Shown: positions 1-10,189, numbered from the stretch's first letter. The stretch: DNA of 64,000 bases from a virus (IMGVR_UViG_3300037485_001282:64001-128000), one strand, 5' to 3'. Numbers and translations are program-made. The notes: generated by a model from the letters alone, not told the origin.

Positions 1-842
1 CTCTTAAGATTGAACTTCTGAAAATCTTCGGTTCTTACTAGGTAAGTAAATTTTGCTTCTATATTTAAATTCTCAGTAACTACTTGTATCATAGGTTTAC
101 CGTGAACTTCAATAAGTGGCTTGGGGAACGTATATCCTGCTTTTGAGAATCTACTTCCAGCGCCTGCCATTGGGATTAAAATATTCATTTTTGTTCCTTT
201 CCATTTCTGTTTTATTGGATTTTTGAGTTTAATTATTGAAGAGTAAATATTTTCCATATTTACTTCGCTTGGGTTCTTAACAATTACTACATTTGCCCCA
301 GATGCTTGCGCTGCTGTTATTCCAACATGCGAATCTTCGACTATTAGAGTTTCGAATGGACTAAGTGAGCAACTAAGCATAGCCTTAATATACATGGAGG
401 GATTGGGCTTAGGGTGCTTTACGTCTTCGTTTGAGATATAATCATCTACCCACTCCATAAGCCCTAGATGAAGTAAAAACATCTTAATTGTTTGCTTTAT
501 TGAATTAGAGCAAACCATTATCTTAATACCATCTTCTTTAAGTTTCTTAAATAGTTCTATAATTCTAACATTAGGGACTACTGAAGTTTTAATAGCATCA
601 AATGTCTTTTGTTGCTTTAATTTCCATATTTTTTCATGAAGTTCCTTTGGCAACCCTCGTTCAGCGGTAAGTAACTCTAGTTTCTTATTAGTAGGCAATC
701 CATCAAATTTCTTGTGGTGATCGTCTAGACTAATAACATATTTAATATCAATTTCAGCAAGAGCTAAGTTCAGTGCCAAATAATGGGTTTCTTTGGATTC
801 TACCAAAACTCCATCTAAATCAAAACATACTAACTTGATCAT
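1..842 (-). CDS. HAD-family phosphatase fused to sugar-phosphate nucleotidyltransferase (3' end runs off the window)
   Basis: ATG at 842 overlaps the upstream stop (TAATG). Reads MIKLVCFDLDGVLV (HAD motif I), KPNP and IVEDS (HAD motifs), then MNILIPMAGAGSRF..GYTFPKPLIEV (NTP-transferase N-terminus). Absent from the ORF track because it is truncated. Confidence 0.85.
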   Translation of the reverse strand, partial: MIKLVCFDLDGVLVESKETHYLALNLALAEIDIKYVISLDDHHKKFDGLPTNKKLELLTAERGLPKELHEKIWKLKQQKTFDAIKTSVVPNVRIIELFKKLKEDGIKIMVCSNSIKQTIKMFLLHLGLMEWVDDYISNEDVKHPKPNPSMYIKAMLSCSLSPFETLIVEDSHVGITAAQASGANVVIVKNPSEVNMENIYSSIIKLKNPIKQKWKGTKMNILIPMAGAGSRFSKAGYTFPKPLIEVHGKPMIQVVTENLNIEAKFTYLVRTEDFQKFNLK

Positions 843-1519
843 TATATTCCTTTGAGTCTATTTAAAGTTTCTTCGTCAGTAAGTTCATCAAAGGTTCTTC
901 CCTTTGGCTTCATTAACTGAACAGTCGATAATTCATTTATAGAAAAATGGTTATGCTCTCTATATCGTCTAGACCATTCCACGTCTTCTCCTTGCTCCCA
1001 CACCAATCCTTCGTTTAGTGGATAGTTAACCATTATATGTTTTTTTGCTACCCAATATGCTCCAGATATGTATTGATATTTGGAAAGATTTGTTACGTTA
1101 TATGGCAATAGACAATACTGTTTATTAACTCCGATTCTCGATGCGTCTTCGTGACATAATAACCAATCTCTAAATCGTTCTCCACCATATCCTAATACTT
1201 TGGTCATACAAACCTGGAAATTATTACCATAATTGAGAAACCCATTATACCAATCTGGAAGAAACTTAATGTAATCGTGGAGATAAACTATGTTTTCATA
1301 TTTAGCTAAAGAGGTTATTGTGTTTTTCTTTCTAGTTATCCACATTGGAACTATATTTTCATTAAAAGGAACTATATTGGTGTTTTTTCTATTGAGTTCA
1401 CACTTTCCAACTATTATAATTTCGTAGTTTGGTATATTTAGAAACTCAATAGAATCTATTATTTGTGAGATTAGCCCATCGTTCCCACCACAGGTAATTA
1501 TTCCGAAGGTAAAATCCAT
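842..1519 (-). CDS. GT-A fold (family 2-like) glycosyltransferase
   Basis: FTFGIIT start, YEIIIVG, ITRKKN, LHDY (DxD-like), SGAYW and EDVEWS motifs. Confidence 0.75.
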   Translation of the reverse strand: MDFTFGIITCGGNDGLISQIIDSIEFLNIPNYEIIIVGKCELNRKNTNIVPFNENIVPMWITRKKNTITSLAKYENIVYLHDYIKFLPDWYNGFLNYGNNFQVCMTKVLGYGGERFRDWLLCHEDASRIGVNKQYCLLPYNVTNLSKYQYISGAYWVAKKHIMVNYPLNEGLVWEQGEDVEWSRRYREHNHFSINELSTVQLMKPKGRTFDELTDEETLNRLKGI

Positions 1520-2172
1520 TAGTTTGCCTTTTCTTCTAAAAATTCTCTAATACATTCATATCCATAATCGGTTGGGTGAAAGTCTCCATCTTTAAAAACT
1601 CTAGTCATATCATAACGATCTTTAAATTCAAAAAGATTAATTGAATTGTTTGGGTATTTTTCTTGCAAGTCGCTGTAACATAAATGATTATCGAATTTAC
1701 CTCTAGTTATCTCGGTTCCAAAGTGACACCAGAATACAAATTTAACATTTTTTATATTACTAACATACCAATCCAGCCACATTTTATAAAACTCATTTTG
1801 AATATCAACTATTATAGGATCTTTTAGATGCTTTTTTAGGACATACCAATTTTCTTCATTATTAAATGCGGAAACAAATAAATTATGATCCATTCTTTTA
1901 CTAAAATCTTTAGTTTCTAAATTTCTTTTCATCCATTCCCATAACGTGTTGAACGCTATAGATCTAAGTGGAAACAAGAAAATATTTTTGTATCTTCCAC
2001 TATATTCATTGCAGATATTAATGAATGTATGATGAAATATGGGCATGCTATTATTTCCTACTATAGAACCATAGTCCCATTTTTGACTATTGCTCCAATT
2101 AGGAAATGGTCTATTATCTCCTTGCTTTAAGAAGGTAATATGTGAACATCCGACTATAGTGTTTTTTTCCAT
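1519..2172 (-). CDS. hypothetical protein, possible SGNH/GDSL-like hydrolase
   Basis: N-terminal VGCSH (GDS-like) and C-terminal DGDFHPTDYGY (DxxHP motif). Confidence 0.4.
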   Translation of the reverse strand: MEKNTIVGCSHITFLKQGDNRPFPNWSNSQKWDYGSIVGNNSMPIFHHTFINICNEYSGRYKNIFLFPLRSIAFNTLWEWMKRNLETKDFSKRMDHNLFVSAFNNEENWYVLKKHLKDPIIVDIQNEFYKMWLDWYVSNIKNVKFVFWCHFGTEITRGKFDNHLCYSDLQEKYPNNSINLFEFKDRYDMTRVFKDGDFHPTDYGYECIREFLEEKAN

Positions 2173-2180
2173 AATTTCCT

Positions 2181-3266
2181 TTAATAATCTAAATAAGGCT
2201 CAATTGCGATCATTCCGTTTTGTTTGACATGTAAATCTCTATCTTCTTTTGTATTGAATAGATATAGAATAAATCCACCAAACCCACCGCCGCAGTATTT
2301 AGAAGCAATTCCAAAATCTTCTACTTTGTTCATTCCCTCTAATAACTGAACAGAATAAGAAGTATCTATTGCTTTCGCTAAAGTATCTATAGATTTTGAC
2401 ATACACGCTTCTCTAGCCAAAGCGCCTGCCTTTAATATTAAATTAAAGTCTCGTTTATTATCCACAAATTCGTATGTCTTGTGGGTATTACCAGACCATA
2501 GTAAAGCCATTTTACCATATAGCCAATCTGGATTAATTTTAAAATCTAATATCGGAGTATTGCCGCTTCGCCAAACACACAATCCTGTTTCTTTTATTAC
2601 TGCTGGATCTTGCCAACCAACACCAAGATCAAGTTCGGATTTTACCGAATCTTTCCCAGTAAGGTAAGCATAAGCCGCGCTACCACCCAATCCGCTTCCT
2701 ATAGGATATATCCAGTCAGTTAAACTTACTAGTGGCTGAATCGCGCAATTTACAATATAGCCACCATTAACAGAAAATTTTGGAACGTCAAGCCACCCAC
2801 CAGCAAAATCTACGCGCAATGGTGATTCTTTTGGTGATTTAATCCAATTCAATATATCCGTGGTTGATACTTTTTCAACGTTTAGTGTCTTTTCCAGACA
2901 GACATATTGGCATCCCCAACTAGATTTCAAGCAAATATCGATTTTTTTATCTTTAAATTTATCGTCTTCGGTAGATATTAGAAAATTTGGTTTAAGATTA
3001 TTAAAATGATTAATAAAATCTAAACCATCTTCATCACAAGAATCACCAACGACAACTTTATCTATTAAAAAAATAGATTCAAGCAATCGTTTCTTGTGTT
3101 CGGTTGGAATTGAAGATTTTCTTTTTTTGTGCTTTAGTAATACATCATCGTTGGCAAATGAAACTATTAAATAGTTTCCGTATTTTTTGGCTTGACTAAA
3201 AAACTCAATATGTCCGCCATGTAAAATATCAAAGCACCCAGAAACCATTACTTTCTTATCTTCCAT
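2181..3266 (-). CDS. bifunctional cytidylyltransferase-like domain plus GHMP sugar kinase (HddA-like)
   Basis: GCFDILHGGH (HxGH) and VSTTDI, then SPLRVDFAGGWLD, PIGSGLGGS, GWQD and GGGFGG GHMP motifs. Confidence 0.85.
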   Translation of the reverse strand: MEDKKVMVSGCFDILHGGHIEFFSQAKKYGNYLIVSFANDDVLLKHKKRKSSIPTEHKKRLLESIFLIDKVVVGDSCDEDGLDFINHFNNLKPNFLISTEDDKFKDKKIDICLKSSWGCQYVCLEKTLNVEKVSTTDILNWIKSPKESPLRVDFAGGWLDVPKFSVNGGYIVNCAIQPLVSLTDWIYPIGSGLGGSAAYAYLTGKDSVKSELDLGVGWQDPAVIKETGLCVWRSGNTPILDFKINPDWLYGKMALLWSGNTHKTYEFVDNKRDFNLILKAGALAREACMSKSIDTLAKAIDTSYSVQLLEGMNKVEDFGIASKYCGGGFGGFILYLFNTKEDRDLHVKQNGMIAIEPYLDY

Positions 3267-3290
3267 GAAAACCCTCTAGATACAATTATA

Positions 3291-4346
3291 CTAAATTATC
3301 GATAATTTTTCTTTAATTTCCAGTTTAGCTAGAGAGAATTTCCCATCATATACGTTTTCTTTAACGTAATCCATTGGGATGTAATCGTGGTCTTTAAAAC
3401 TATTTATTAAAAGCTGATTCGCGTCTTTAATATTTCCAAGTTTTTTTGGAATTATAAAACATTTTTCTCCCATTTTTAATAAAACTTTTATTAATTTTCT
3501 TCCAGCAGCGTCACTAAAGTAACTATCAACGCACCAAATTCTATGTTTATATTTAGAACACAAATCCATTATATAAGATTCACCTAAAGTGGCACCACAG
3601 GTCGCTATTCCGTTTCTGAAAGCACAAGCGTCAAGAGTTCCTTCACAGATTACTGTCTCTGTGTTCGCTGTTGTTCTCCACTGACCCCATAGTTCCTTAG
3701 ATTCCATCTGTATATTATTCTTTTTATCGGAAAGAAATAGATACTTTGCTGGATTTTCTCTACCCAACATAGCAAATAGTCTTCCTTGGATGTGTATTAC
3801 GAATTTCTTGGATTGGTCGAAGAAAGGAATACCGATATATCCTCTCAGTGGCCCATGTAGAAAAATACTGAAATCATTTGAAATTTCAGAAGGGATCTTT
3901 CTATTGTTGAGATACTCTAAAGCCTTATGTCGTAATATCTCAAGTTTCCCAGATTGGGTTTCCACTATATTAAACGAGTTATCTTTAATATATTGTCTCA
4001 ATTTATTATCGAGTTCCTCTAAGTTTATTTCTTTCTTTTTGGAATTCGATTTTCTTTTCTTAAAAGCATCGCCAGTTCGAATAGAATCTAGTATTGACGC
4101 TCTAAGTTCGTCATATTCTTGGGGGAAATTATCTTTTATAAAGGCTTCAAATGATGTACTATAGCCACAATTATGACATTTTACATTAAAGAAAGTTGAA
4201 TATTCTCTAATATATAATCTTGTTTTATAATCGCTGCATATTGGACACTTAGCCTTATATAAAAAAACAGATGACGAGTTCACTTTGACAGCCGAAATTC
4301 CAATTTTATTTAGAATTGACTGCACAACATACGAAGGTAATTTCAT
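3291..4346 (-). CDS. gp61: DNA primase (T4 gp61-like)
   Basis: Zn ribbon CPICSD...CHNCG; TOPRIM ICEGTLDA, DAAG and KDAN motifs. Confidence 0.9.
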   Translation of the reverse strand: MKLPSYVVQSILNKIGISAVKVNSSSVFLYKAKCPICSDYKTRLYIREYSTFFNVKCHNCGYSTSFEAFIKDNFPQEYDELRASILDSIRTGDAFKKRKSNSKKKEINLEELDNKLRQYIKDNSFNIVETQSGKLEILRHKALEYLNNRKIPSEISNDFSIFLHGPLRGYIGIPFFDQSKKFVIHIQGRLFAMLGRENPAKYLFLSDKKNNIQMESKELWGQWRTTANTETVICEGTLDACAFRNGIATCGATLGESYIMDLCSKYKHRIWCVDSYFSDAAGRKLIKVLLKMGEKCFIIPKKLGNIKDANQLLINSFKDHDYIPMDYVKENVYDGKFSLAKLEIKEKLSII

Positions 4347-4354
4347 TTTGCCTC

Positions 4355-4762
4355 TTAACTTTTGCGCTTGTCTTTTCTAAAAAACTTATGTTCTATTTTA
4401 TAGTTTTTTCTTTCATGAAACGGAATTATATCTATTTGTTTTCGTAAGATTCCATTAAGCGCATCTGGATTAATTACTTTTATTAAATTCCATTTCTGGA
4501 GAAAATATGCTATTGTCTTTCTTCTAACAAAATCTAAACTAGAAATATCTGATTTTTTCCCGTGTATCTGGAAAAGTTCCTTGAAATGAACAATATAAAA
4601 TCGAGTTACTCCATTATCATCCTTAGTTGTGTATAGATAGCAACTAGGATACAATATTTTCTCTTTAACTTTTAATATTCCTATTCTTTCCAACGTTTCA
4701 TGTACGATTGCCTCATCGACTATTAGTTTTACTTCAATTCCGTGTTCCATCTTTGCCCCCAA
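4355..4762 (-). CDS. regA: translational repressor RegA
   Basis: ETLERIGI, LYPSCYL, YIVHFKELF and RRKTIA..LQKWNLI are RegA hallmarks; lies next to the clamp loader. Confidence 0.92.
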   Translation of the reverse strand: MGAKMEHGIEVKLIVDEAIVHETLERIGILKVKEKILYPSCYLYTTKDDNGVTRFYIVHFKELFQIHGKKSDISSLDFVRRKTIAYFLQKWNLIKVINPDALNGILRKQIDIIPFHERKNYKIEHKFFRKDKRKS

Positions 4763-5159
4763 ATTCTTGCATTATTGAATTGGCCCAATCTTCGCCTTTT
4801 AATGAGATATACTCAATTGCTTCTTTCCTAGAGCATTCAAAATACCTTTCGATACATTCAATATATTCGTTTGTTTCTTTTTTTGGTCCTACAAACTTAA
4901 CAAATTTTCTATTTTCTGGAATAATATCTACTAACAATTTATACATTTGTTTTTTATCTAATATTCCCTGATATTGGTTTAAAATATTACAATCATTAAC
5001 GCAGTCTCTATCCATTGATAGAAATTTAAGAACTATATAATTATTAAAATCTTTTAAGTTACTTTCATCTTCCAAAAGATCCCCAGATTTATTAATTCTA
5101 ATATCATCTAATATTAGAAATAAATTGGATTTCTTTTGTTTTTCTTTAGTTGTCTTCAT
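4734..5159 (-). CDS. gp62: clamp loader small subunit (gp62-like)
   Basis: FNNYIVLKFLS, RKFVKF and YFECSRKEAIEY motifs; synteny with gp44/regA. Confidence 0.8.
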   Translation of the reverse strand: MKTTKEKQKKSNLFLILDDIRINKSGDLLEDESNLKDFNNYIVLKFLSMDRDCVNDCNILNQYQGILDKKQMYKLLVDIIPENRKFVKFVGPKKETNEYIECIERYFECSRKEAIEYISLKGEDWANSIMQEFGGKDGTRN

Positions 5160-5167
5160 AGGTGGTG

Positions 5168-6280
5168 TTATTGTTTTGTGGTATTTGAAAGTAAACTATT
5201 AGCCCGTTTTGCCATATTACTTATCTCATCGGATGAAATATCATTATCTTGAATTGTTAGATCAACCTTAGTATCTTTATGTCTAAAATTTTCAATCTGT
5301 TTCTGTAAATCTTCATCATTATATTCTTCGGATATTCCACTTGGATCCCTTTGATTTATAGCGGCTAATTCAGCTTGATCTAATTCATATACGGACCCTA
5401 ATCTTTCCATTTTCGGTGGTTCTGGTTTTACTTGATTCCCAGCCATAGTTGCCATCATCTTAGCCATCATTTCCATAAACATTTGTGGATTGGCTGCCAT
5501 TTGAGAAAACGCTTCTGGCGTCACGTTTTGATTGGTTTGATCATTTCCTAAAAGTTTTCTGTCTGCCGCAGATAATGGCCCAATATCCTTTTTATCTACT
5601 TTAGTAACATAATCCTCTGGAAGCGTTGGTGGAACGTGACTATATTCTACGGCACTTTCTGTCCCATACTGATCCCTTGCCATTAAGTTATCTCTTGATA
5701 TTGGTTGTTGTCCTGGAAGGCTTTCTCTTGGGCCTGGGATATAGTTCCACACTAATCCTGGTTTACTAAGAATTGGTAAAATTTGGGTTAAATTGGTTGC
5801 TCTTGTTGCCGCCGCAATTACTTGAATCAATCCTCTCGAACCTGGATTAGTTGCTGTAAGCGTTCTCCAAAAAAGACCCTTCGCTGTTGCAATATCTGGG
5901 GCATTAACTATAGAGAACGTCTTTAGTCCCAGTGGCATACCCAATGCCTTTGCGTTTAACTCGTTACCAGGGGAACTATCATTATCATCTTTAGCTTGCT
6001 TTGAAGATGACATACTTTTAGTATCTACTACTATAAGCCAATAGTTTCTTAAGTTGTTTAAATCCATTTTTATTTCCTTCGGTTGTTGAATATCTACTTT
6101 TTTTAACTCGGCGTTTTTTGTTTTAATCTCTTCTTTAATTACGTTACTTTTATTAGAGTCAGAAACATTCCATAGAATTTTTACTTCTATTTTTTGTTTT
6201 TTTCTAGTAAAAATTCCTTTTAGCCATTTTAGCAAAGCAATCTCTTTTACCCAATTTCGGTCATAACTGCGTCTAAGCAC
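5168..6280 (-). CDS. hypothetical protein inserted between gp44 and gp62 (true start may be downstream, e.g. ATG 6067)
   Basis: Long ORF co-oriented with the operon; Met/Gln-rich low-complexity C-terminus; AAGGA precedes ATG 6067. Confidence 0.6.
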   Translation of the reverse strand: MLRRSYDRNWVKEIALLKWLKGIFTRKKQKIEVKILWNVSDSNKSNVIKEEIKTKNAELKKVDIQQPKEIKMDLNNLRNYWLIVVDTKSMSSSKQAKDDNDSSPGNELNAKALGMPLGLKTFSIVNAPDIATAKGLFWRTLTATNPGSRGLIQVIAAATRATNLTQILPILSKPGLVWNYIPGPRESLPGQQPISRDNLMARDQYGTESAVEYSHVPPTLPEDYVTKVDKKDIGPLSAADRKLLGNDQTNQNVTPEAFSQMAANPQMFMEMMAKMMATMAGNQVKPEPPKMERLGSVYELDQAELAAINQRDPSGISEEYNDEDLQKQIENFRHKDTKVDLTIQDNDISSDEISNMAKRANSLLSNTTKQ

Positions 6281-7137
6281 GCCATGAAGTTTATTTCTGG
6301 GTCTATTATTATACTATGTCGGTAAAGATATTCAGCGACGATTCCCCGAATTGTAATAAATTTAGTATCTGATAGAGTTTCTGAATTATCGAACAATATT
6401 TTATATAATTCAACATAGTCCAACTTACCAACTATACTAGATCTTATTGAATTCCATTGTTTAGTTTTTACTAATTCCATAAAATTTTCTTGAATCCCGT
6501 TACTGGAAACAGTAAAATCAAAAACACCATTTAAACAGTTTCTTTCCATTTCATTTATTGTTTTTCTAATATCTGGATGAAACTTCTTAACTAGAGAAAC
6601 CAGTCCATTAATATCTTTAATTTTTATATTCTCTTGCTTAAGAATATCCATACACCGTTTACAAACTAATTTGGGTGATGAATCGGTAAACCGAAACATC
6701 TGAGTTCTTGATTTAATGGCATCCATTACTTTATTAATATAGTTACAAGTAAAGATAAATCTACACGATTCTGTAAATTCTTCAATAACATTTCTAAGTG
6801 TCGCGTGTGAATTAATAGACATGAAATCAAATTCATCTAATATAACTACTTTTAAATTATCACCAAATGATGACGTGGAACAAAAGTTAGCCACTTTTCC
6901 ACGTATAACATCTACCGATGTTTCAGAAGAAGCACAAATATATAGAATATCTTCGGTAATCTTTTTAGATAAAATTTTAGCTATTGTGGTTTTACCCAAC
7001 CCAGAAGTACCATAAAATAACAAATGAGGTATTGATTTCTTTTCAATAAAAGAATTAAAAATATTCTTATCCTCTTCAGATAAGATACAATCATTTATCT
7101 CTTGTGGTCGATACTTTTCTACAAAAGGAATTGACAT
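6247..7137 (-). CDS. gp44: clamp loader AAA+ subunit (gp44)
   Basis: VEKYRP, GTSGLGKTT Walker A, ILDEFD Walker B, SRT and PDIRK RFC motifs. Confidence 0.95.
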   Translation of the reverse strand: MSIPFVEKYRPQEINDCILSEEDKNIFNSFIEKKSIPHLLFYGTSGLGKTTIAKILSKKITEDILYICASSETSVDVIRGKVANFCSTSSFGDNLKVVILDEFDFMSINSHATLRNVIEEFTESCRFIFTCNYINKVMDAIKSRTQMFRFTDSSPKLVCKRCMDILKQENIKIKDINGLVSLVKKFHPDIRKTINEMERNCLNGVFDFTVSSNGIQENFMELVKTKQWNSIRSSIVGKLDYVELYKILFDNSETLSDTKFITIRGIVAEYLYRHSIIIDPEINFMACLDAVMTEIG

Positions 7138-7145
7138 GGTTATCC

Positions 7146-7895
7146 TTAAATCGTTGTTTTAATGTAAAAATTGGTTGTGTATAATGGATGAATTCCATCA
7201 ATGTGAATCATATCTTTACAAATACCAATAATAAATTTATCGAAACTAGAAGAAGCCAATATAGGTAAAATATGCTGTTTATTTACGACTAACTTAAAGT
7301 CCTCGGTTGGTTTTGATGATACTATTTTTTGGTTAAATGAGTTTGCTTTTATGTCCTTTTCAGTGACTACTAAAGTAGTAATTTCCGAATTGGTGCTCCC
7401 TTTTAAAACTATGAACTCATTATTTAATAATGGTATCGCTTTAATAAAAGGCTTGTAGTTTTCGGGAGCGAAATCAAATTTTTGAATATATTTAAGCGGA
7501 GCACTAAGACACTCTGGGGCTTTTCGTATTGTCTTTAGGTTAGAAGAATAGAATTCATATTCAGATTCACTTACTCTAATTATTAACTTTTCTGGAGATA
7601 TTAACAACTCAAACCCAGTTTTAAATAATGAAAGAAAAGAAACCAGTTCATCTGAGTTATAAACACCAAATTTAAATTCTTGAGAAGACTCACATTTATC
7701 CAAGTATTCACCATTGAATGTTACTATGCTTATAATAGATTTAGATTCATTAACGGCTGAGATCTTTAAACTCTTATCTTCAGTAAAATGAAATGCAAAT
7801 TGATTACATCCTATCTTCTGCAAGTCTCTTAGAGACAGATAGAGAGCCTCGGCTTTTATGTCATCGAAATTACCTGAAAATAAAAATTCGCTCAT
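7146..7895 (-). CDS. gp45: sliding clamp (gp45-like)
   Basis: 249 aa, FKFGVYNSDELVSFLSLF motif, directly upstream of gp44. Confidence 0.7.
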   Translation of the reverse strand: MSEFLFSGNFDDIKAEALYLSLRDLQKIGCNQFAFHFTEDKSLKISAVNESKSIISIVTFNGEYLDKCESSQEFKFGVYNSDELVSFLSLFKTGFELLISPEKLIIRVSESEYEFYSSNLKTIRKAPECLSAPLKYIQKFDFAPENYKPFIKAIPLLNNEFIVLKGSTNSEITTLVVTEKDIKANSFNQKIVSSKPTEDFKLVVNKQHILPILASSSFDKFIIGICKDMIHIDGIHPLYTTNFYIKTTI

Positions 7896-8206
7896 TTACT
7901 TCCCCTCAACTTAGCAATTGCGTCCAATTCTTTTTGAGTTAATCCATCTTTACCCAAAGCATCTACTATTTTTTCGTTTATTTTTGACTGTGTTTTAAGA
8001 GTTACTATATCAACTACGGTTGTGCATATTAACCAAACAACCGTTAGTATTGTTAGGTTCAATAATATAGTAGATATATTGTCTCTACCAAACCACATTA
8101 GAAATATTACTACACCAACAGTAACTAATAGTTTCCTAGATAGCCACTTTGGCTGCTCTATTTTCTTTAGGCTATTGAGTGCTTCTTGTAAAGAGTTAAG
8201 ATCCAT
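7892..8206 (-). CDS. small two-TM membrane protein (holin-like)
   Basis: KWLSRKLLV followed by two hydrophobic segments and a charged C-terminal tail. Confidence 0.5.
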   Translation of the reverse strand: MDLNSLQEALNSLKKIEQPKWLSRKLLVTVGVVIFLMWFGRDNISTILLNLTILTVVWLICTTVVDIVTLKTQSKINEKIVDALGKDGLTQKELDAIAKLRGSK

Positions 8207-8220
8207 GATATTTTTCCTTA

Positions 8221-8853
8221 TTAAAACTTAAATGAAGTGGAAATGAAAAACAAATTTCTTTCCGAGAAGTTATCTTGAAAGGTAAAGACTTTACCATAAC
8301 CAAGACCAACGTGACTTAATATTTTGTAATCCGAATTAACAAACGGATAAACAGAAAGACCAATTCCTGTTGCCTTTTGTGATAACAGTAAATCTGGAGC
8401 AACATATTCCCCTATCCTAAAGGGAGAGAATCTAACACCATAGTCGAAATTATTTGTGTCTTCTCTTATCTTCGGGCCACAGATATATCCAGCGTACAGC
8501 CCAACATCTAAATCGACATCAACAAGATATTTAGTTTTGTGTAGAGAAATATCATAAACTGGGGACAACTTTCCGTTTTCGTCTTTCATTAAAATATTAT
8601 TAGTTCCGTCACTGTTTTTATCGAAATATACGTTGTTGTCTTTTATTAATAAACTTAAAGTATCGCCAGAATCTAAATGAGTAGCGGTTAGTTTATTATC
8701 TTGCTCTTTGTCCCCAGTTCTGATAAGTTCGAACTTTGTTTTTGTTGGTATGCTATCATACTTCTGGTGCTTTTTAATTGCTTTAGAACCAATAACAATT
8801 AAAAAAACAATAACCAGAAGTATCATACCGATTACTACGAGATTTATCTTCAT
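8221..8853 (-). CDS. N-terminally anchored membrane protein with beta-strand-rich C-terminus ending in Phe
   Basis: Hydrophobic residues about 3-22; C-terminal amphipathic strands ending FISTSFKF. Confidence 0.55.
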   Translation of the reverse strand: MKINLVVIGMILLVIVFLIVIGSKAIKKHQKYDSIPTKTKFELIRTGDKEQDNKLTATHLDSGDTLSLLIKDNNVYFDKNSDGTNNILMKDENGKLSPVYDISLHKTKYLVDVDLDVGLYAGYICGPKIREDTNNFDYGVRFSPFRIGEYVAPDLLLSQKATGIGLSVYPFVNSDYKILSHVGLGYGKVFTFQDNFSERNLFFISTSFKF

Positions 8854-8899
8854 ATAGTTCCTTAATAAATAAACCCAAGATAGTATTGGGTACTAAAAA

Positions 8900-9856
8900 T
8901 CACTTCGCGTCATCAAAAAGATCATCAATATTAGTAAAATCTATTCCCTCGGGATCCTCGACTGTGTGTGAATTGTCAGCGTCAGTCTGCTCAATCACAT
9001 CAGCAATTCCCTCTGGCTCATCCTTTTCCATGGTTGGTTCGGAGGCATACGTCTTACCTTCAACTGGTCTCTCTGATTGTTCGTTTTGATTTTCCTTTGG
9101 TTTACTTCCACCACCAGTTAATAATGATGTAAGTTTATCTGTTGTTGCGATTTTTTCCTTTATTATACTCTTAATATCTACTATCTGTGAGTGGATTCTT
9201 TCCAACTCTTCTGATTTGGTGGATATTGGGGTTGATTCTCTGGAAAAGAAACAACCTTCGTAATTTGCGTTATCGCCTTTCATCTTAATAACAACATTAA
9301 AATTGAAACCTTCGTTAACATCATAGAAATTAACGCCCTGAACAAACGCTTCCTTCAGTTTTTCCTGAACCTGAATACCATATTCCCAAGTCAATACTTG
9401 TCCTGTTTGGTTTTGATCACCTGCCCGTGGATCAGATACTACCAATACATTCGTGATGTATCGGAACTTGGATCCAAAGTTTCTAGCTTTGGCTTCATCA
9501 GAAGGACCAGCAATATTTTTATTTACCTTATCCCAATATTTTCTAGATTCTAAGCAAAGGGGGCACTTAGCTTCTTTATTGAAATACCAGGGACATACAG
9601 CATAACCCTTCTTACCAGAAGCGGTTTTTGGCATATGGGCCTTGAACTCAAAGTATGGTTCATCTAATCCTTCATTGACGAAGATATTTGGTAGAATTCG
9701 AACGATGAAATTTTCCTTTTGCTTTCCTTTGGGGACAGAAGGGCTGAATTTCTTCGAGGTGTCGGTCTGAGTCTTATCTGACTCAGTTTTGTCAGATTGG
9801 GATCTCATCTTTTGGGCGATTTCTTCGAATCGCGCTTTGGTGCTTTTAAAAGGCAT
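8900..9856 (-). CDS. gp32: single-stranded DNA-binding protein (gp32)
   Basis: VRILP, CP...CPLC Zn ligands, YITNVLVVSDP, EGFNF and an acidic tail ending IDDLFDD. Confidence 0.9.
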   Translation of the reverse strand: MPFKSTKARFEEIAQKMRSQSDKTESDKTQTDTSKKFSPSVPKGKQKENFIVRILPNIFVNEGLDEPYFEFKAHMPKTASGKKGYAVCPWYFNKEAKCPLCLESRKYWDKVNKNIAGPSDEAKARNFGSKFRYITNVLVVSDPRAGDQNQTGQVLTWEYGIQVQEKLKEAFVQGVNFYDVNEGFNFNVVIKMKGDNANYEGCFFSRESTPISTKSEELERIHSQIVDIKSIIKEKIATTDKLTSLLTGGGSKPKENQNEQSERPVEGKTYASEPTMEKDEPEGIADVIEQTDADNSHTVEDPEGIDFTNIDDLFDDAK

Positions 9857-9892
9857 GTTTATTCTCCTTAAGAATATGTTTGTATGGCACTA

Positions 9893-10189
9893 TTATATTT
9901 TTGTTTTTTTGGATTTCAACTTAAATCTTATGTCGCCGTATTTCGATTTCGCATCGTCAGAAAGTTCTTTTCTAAGTTTTTTATTAAGTTTATTAACTGC
10001 TTCTTTCTCAGTCATTCCGAAAAGATCTTTAATGGCTACTACACTATCCCATATATTAATATGTTTTTCGTGAACCATTCTTTCTATTATTATATTATAT
10101 ATTCTTTTAACTTCAAGGTGCGCTTTATTCGGGGAAATATTTAGGATTTTTCCCAATTGGTCATAGGTTAATTCGTTTTTAATTTGCAT
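9893..10189 (-). CDS. gp33: late transcription coactivator (gp33-like)
   Basis: IERMVHEKHINIWDSVV...EAVNKLNKKLRKELSDDA fits the gp33 helical pattern; upstream of gp32 as in T4. Confidence 0.6.
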   Translation of the reverse strand: MQIKNELTYDQLGKILNISPNKAHLEVKRIYNIIIERMVHEKHINIWDSVVAIKDLFGMTEKEAVNKLNKKLRKELSDDAKSKYGDIRFKLKSKKTKI

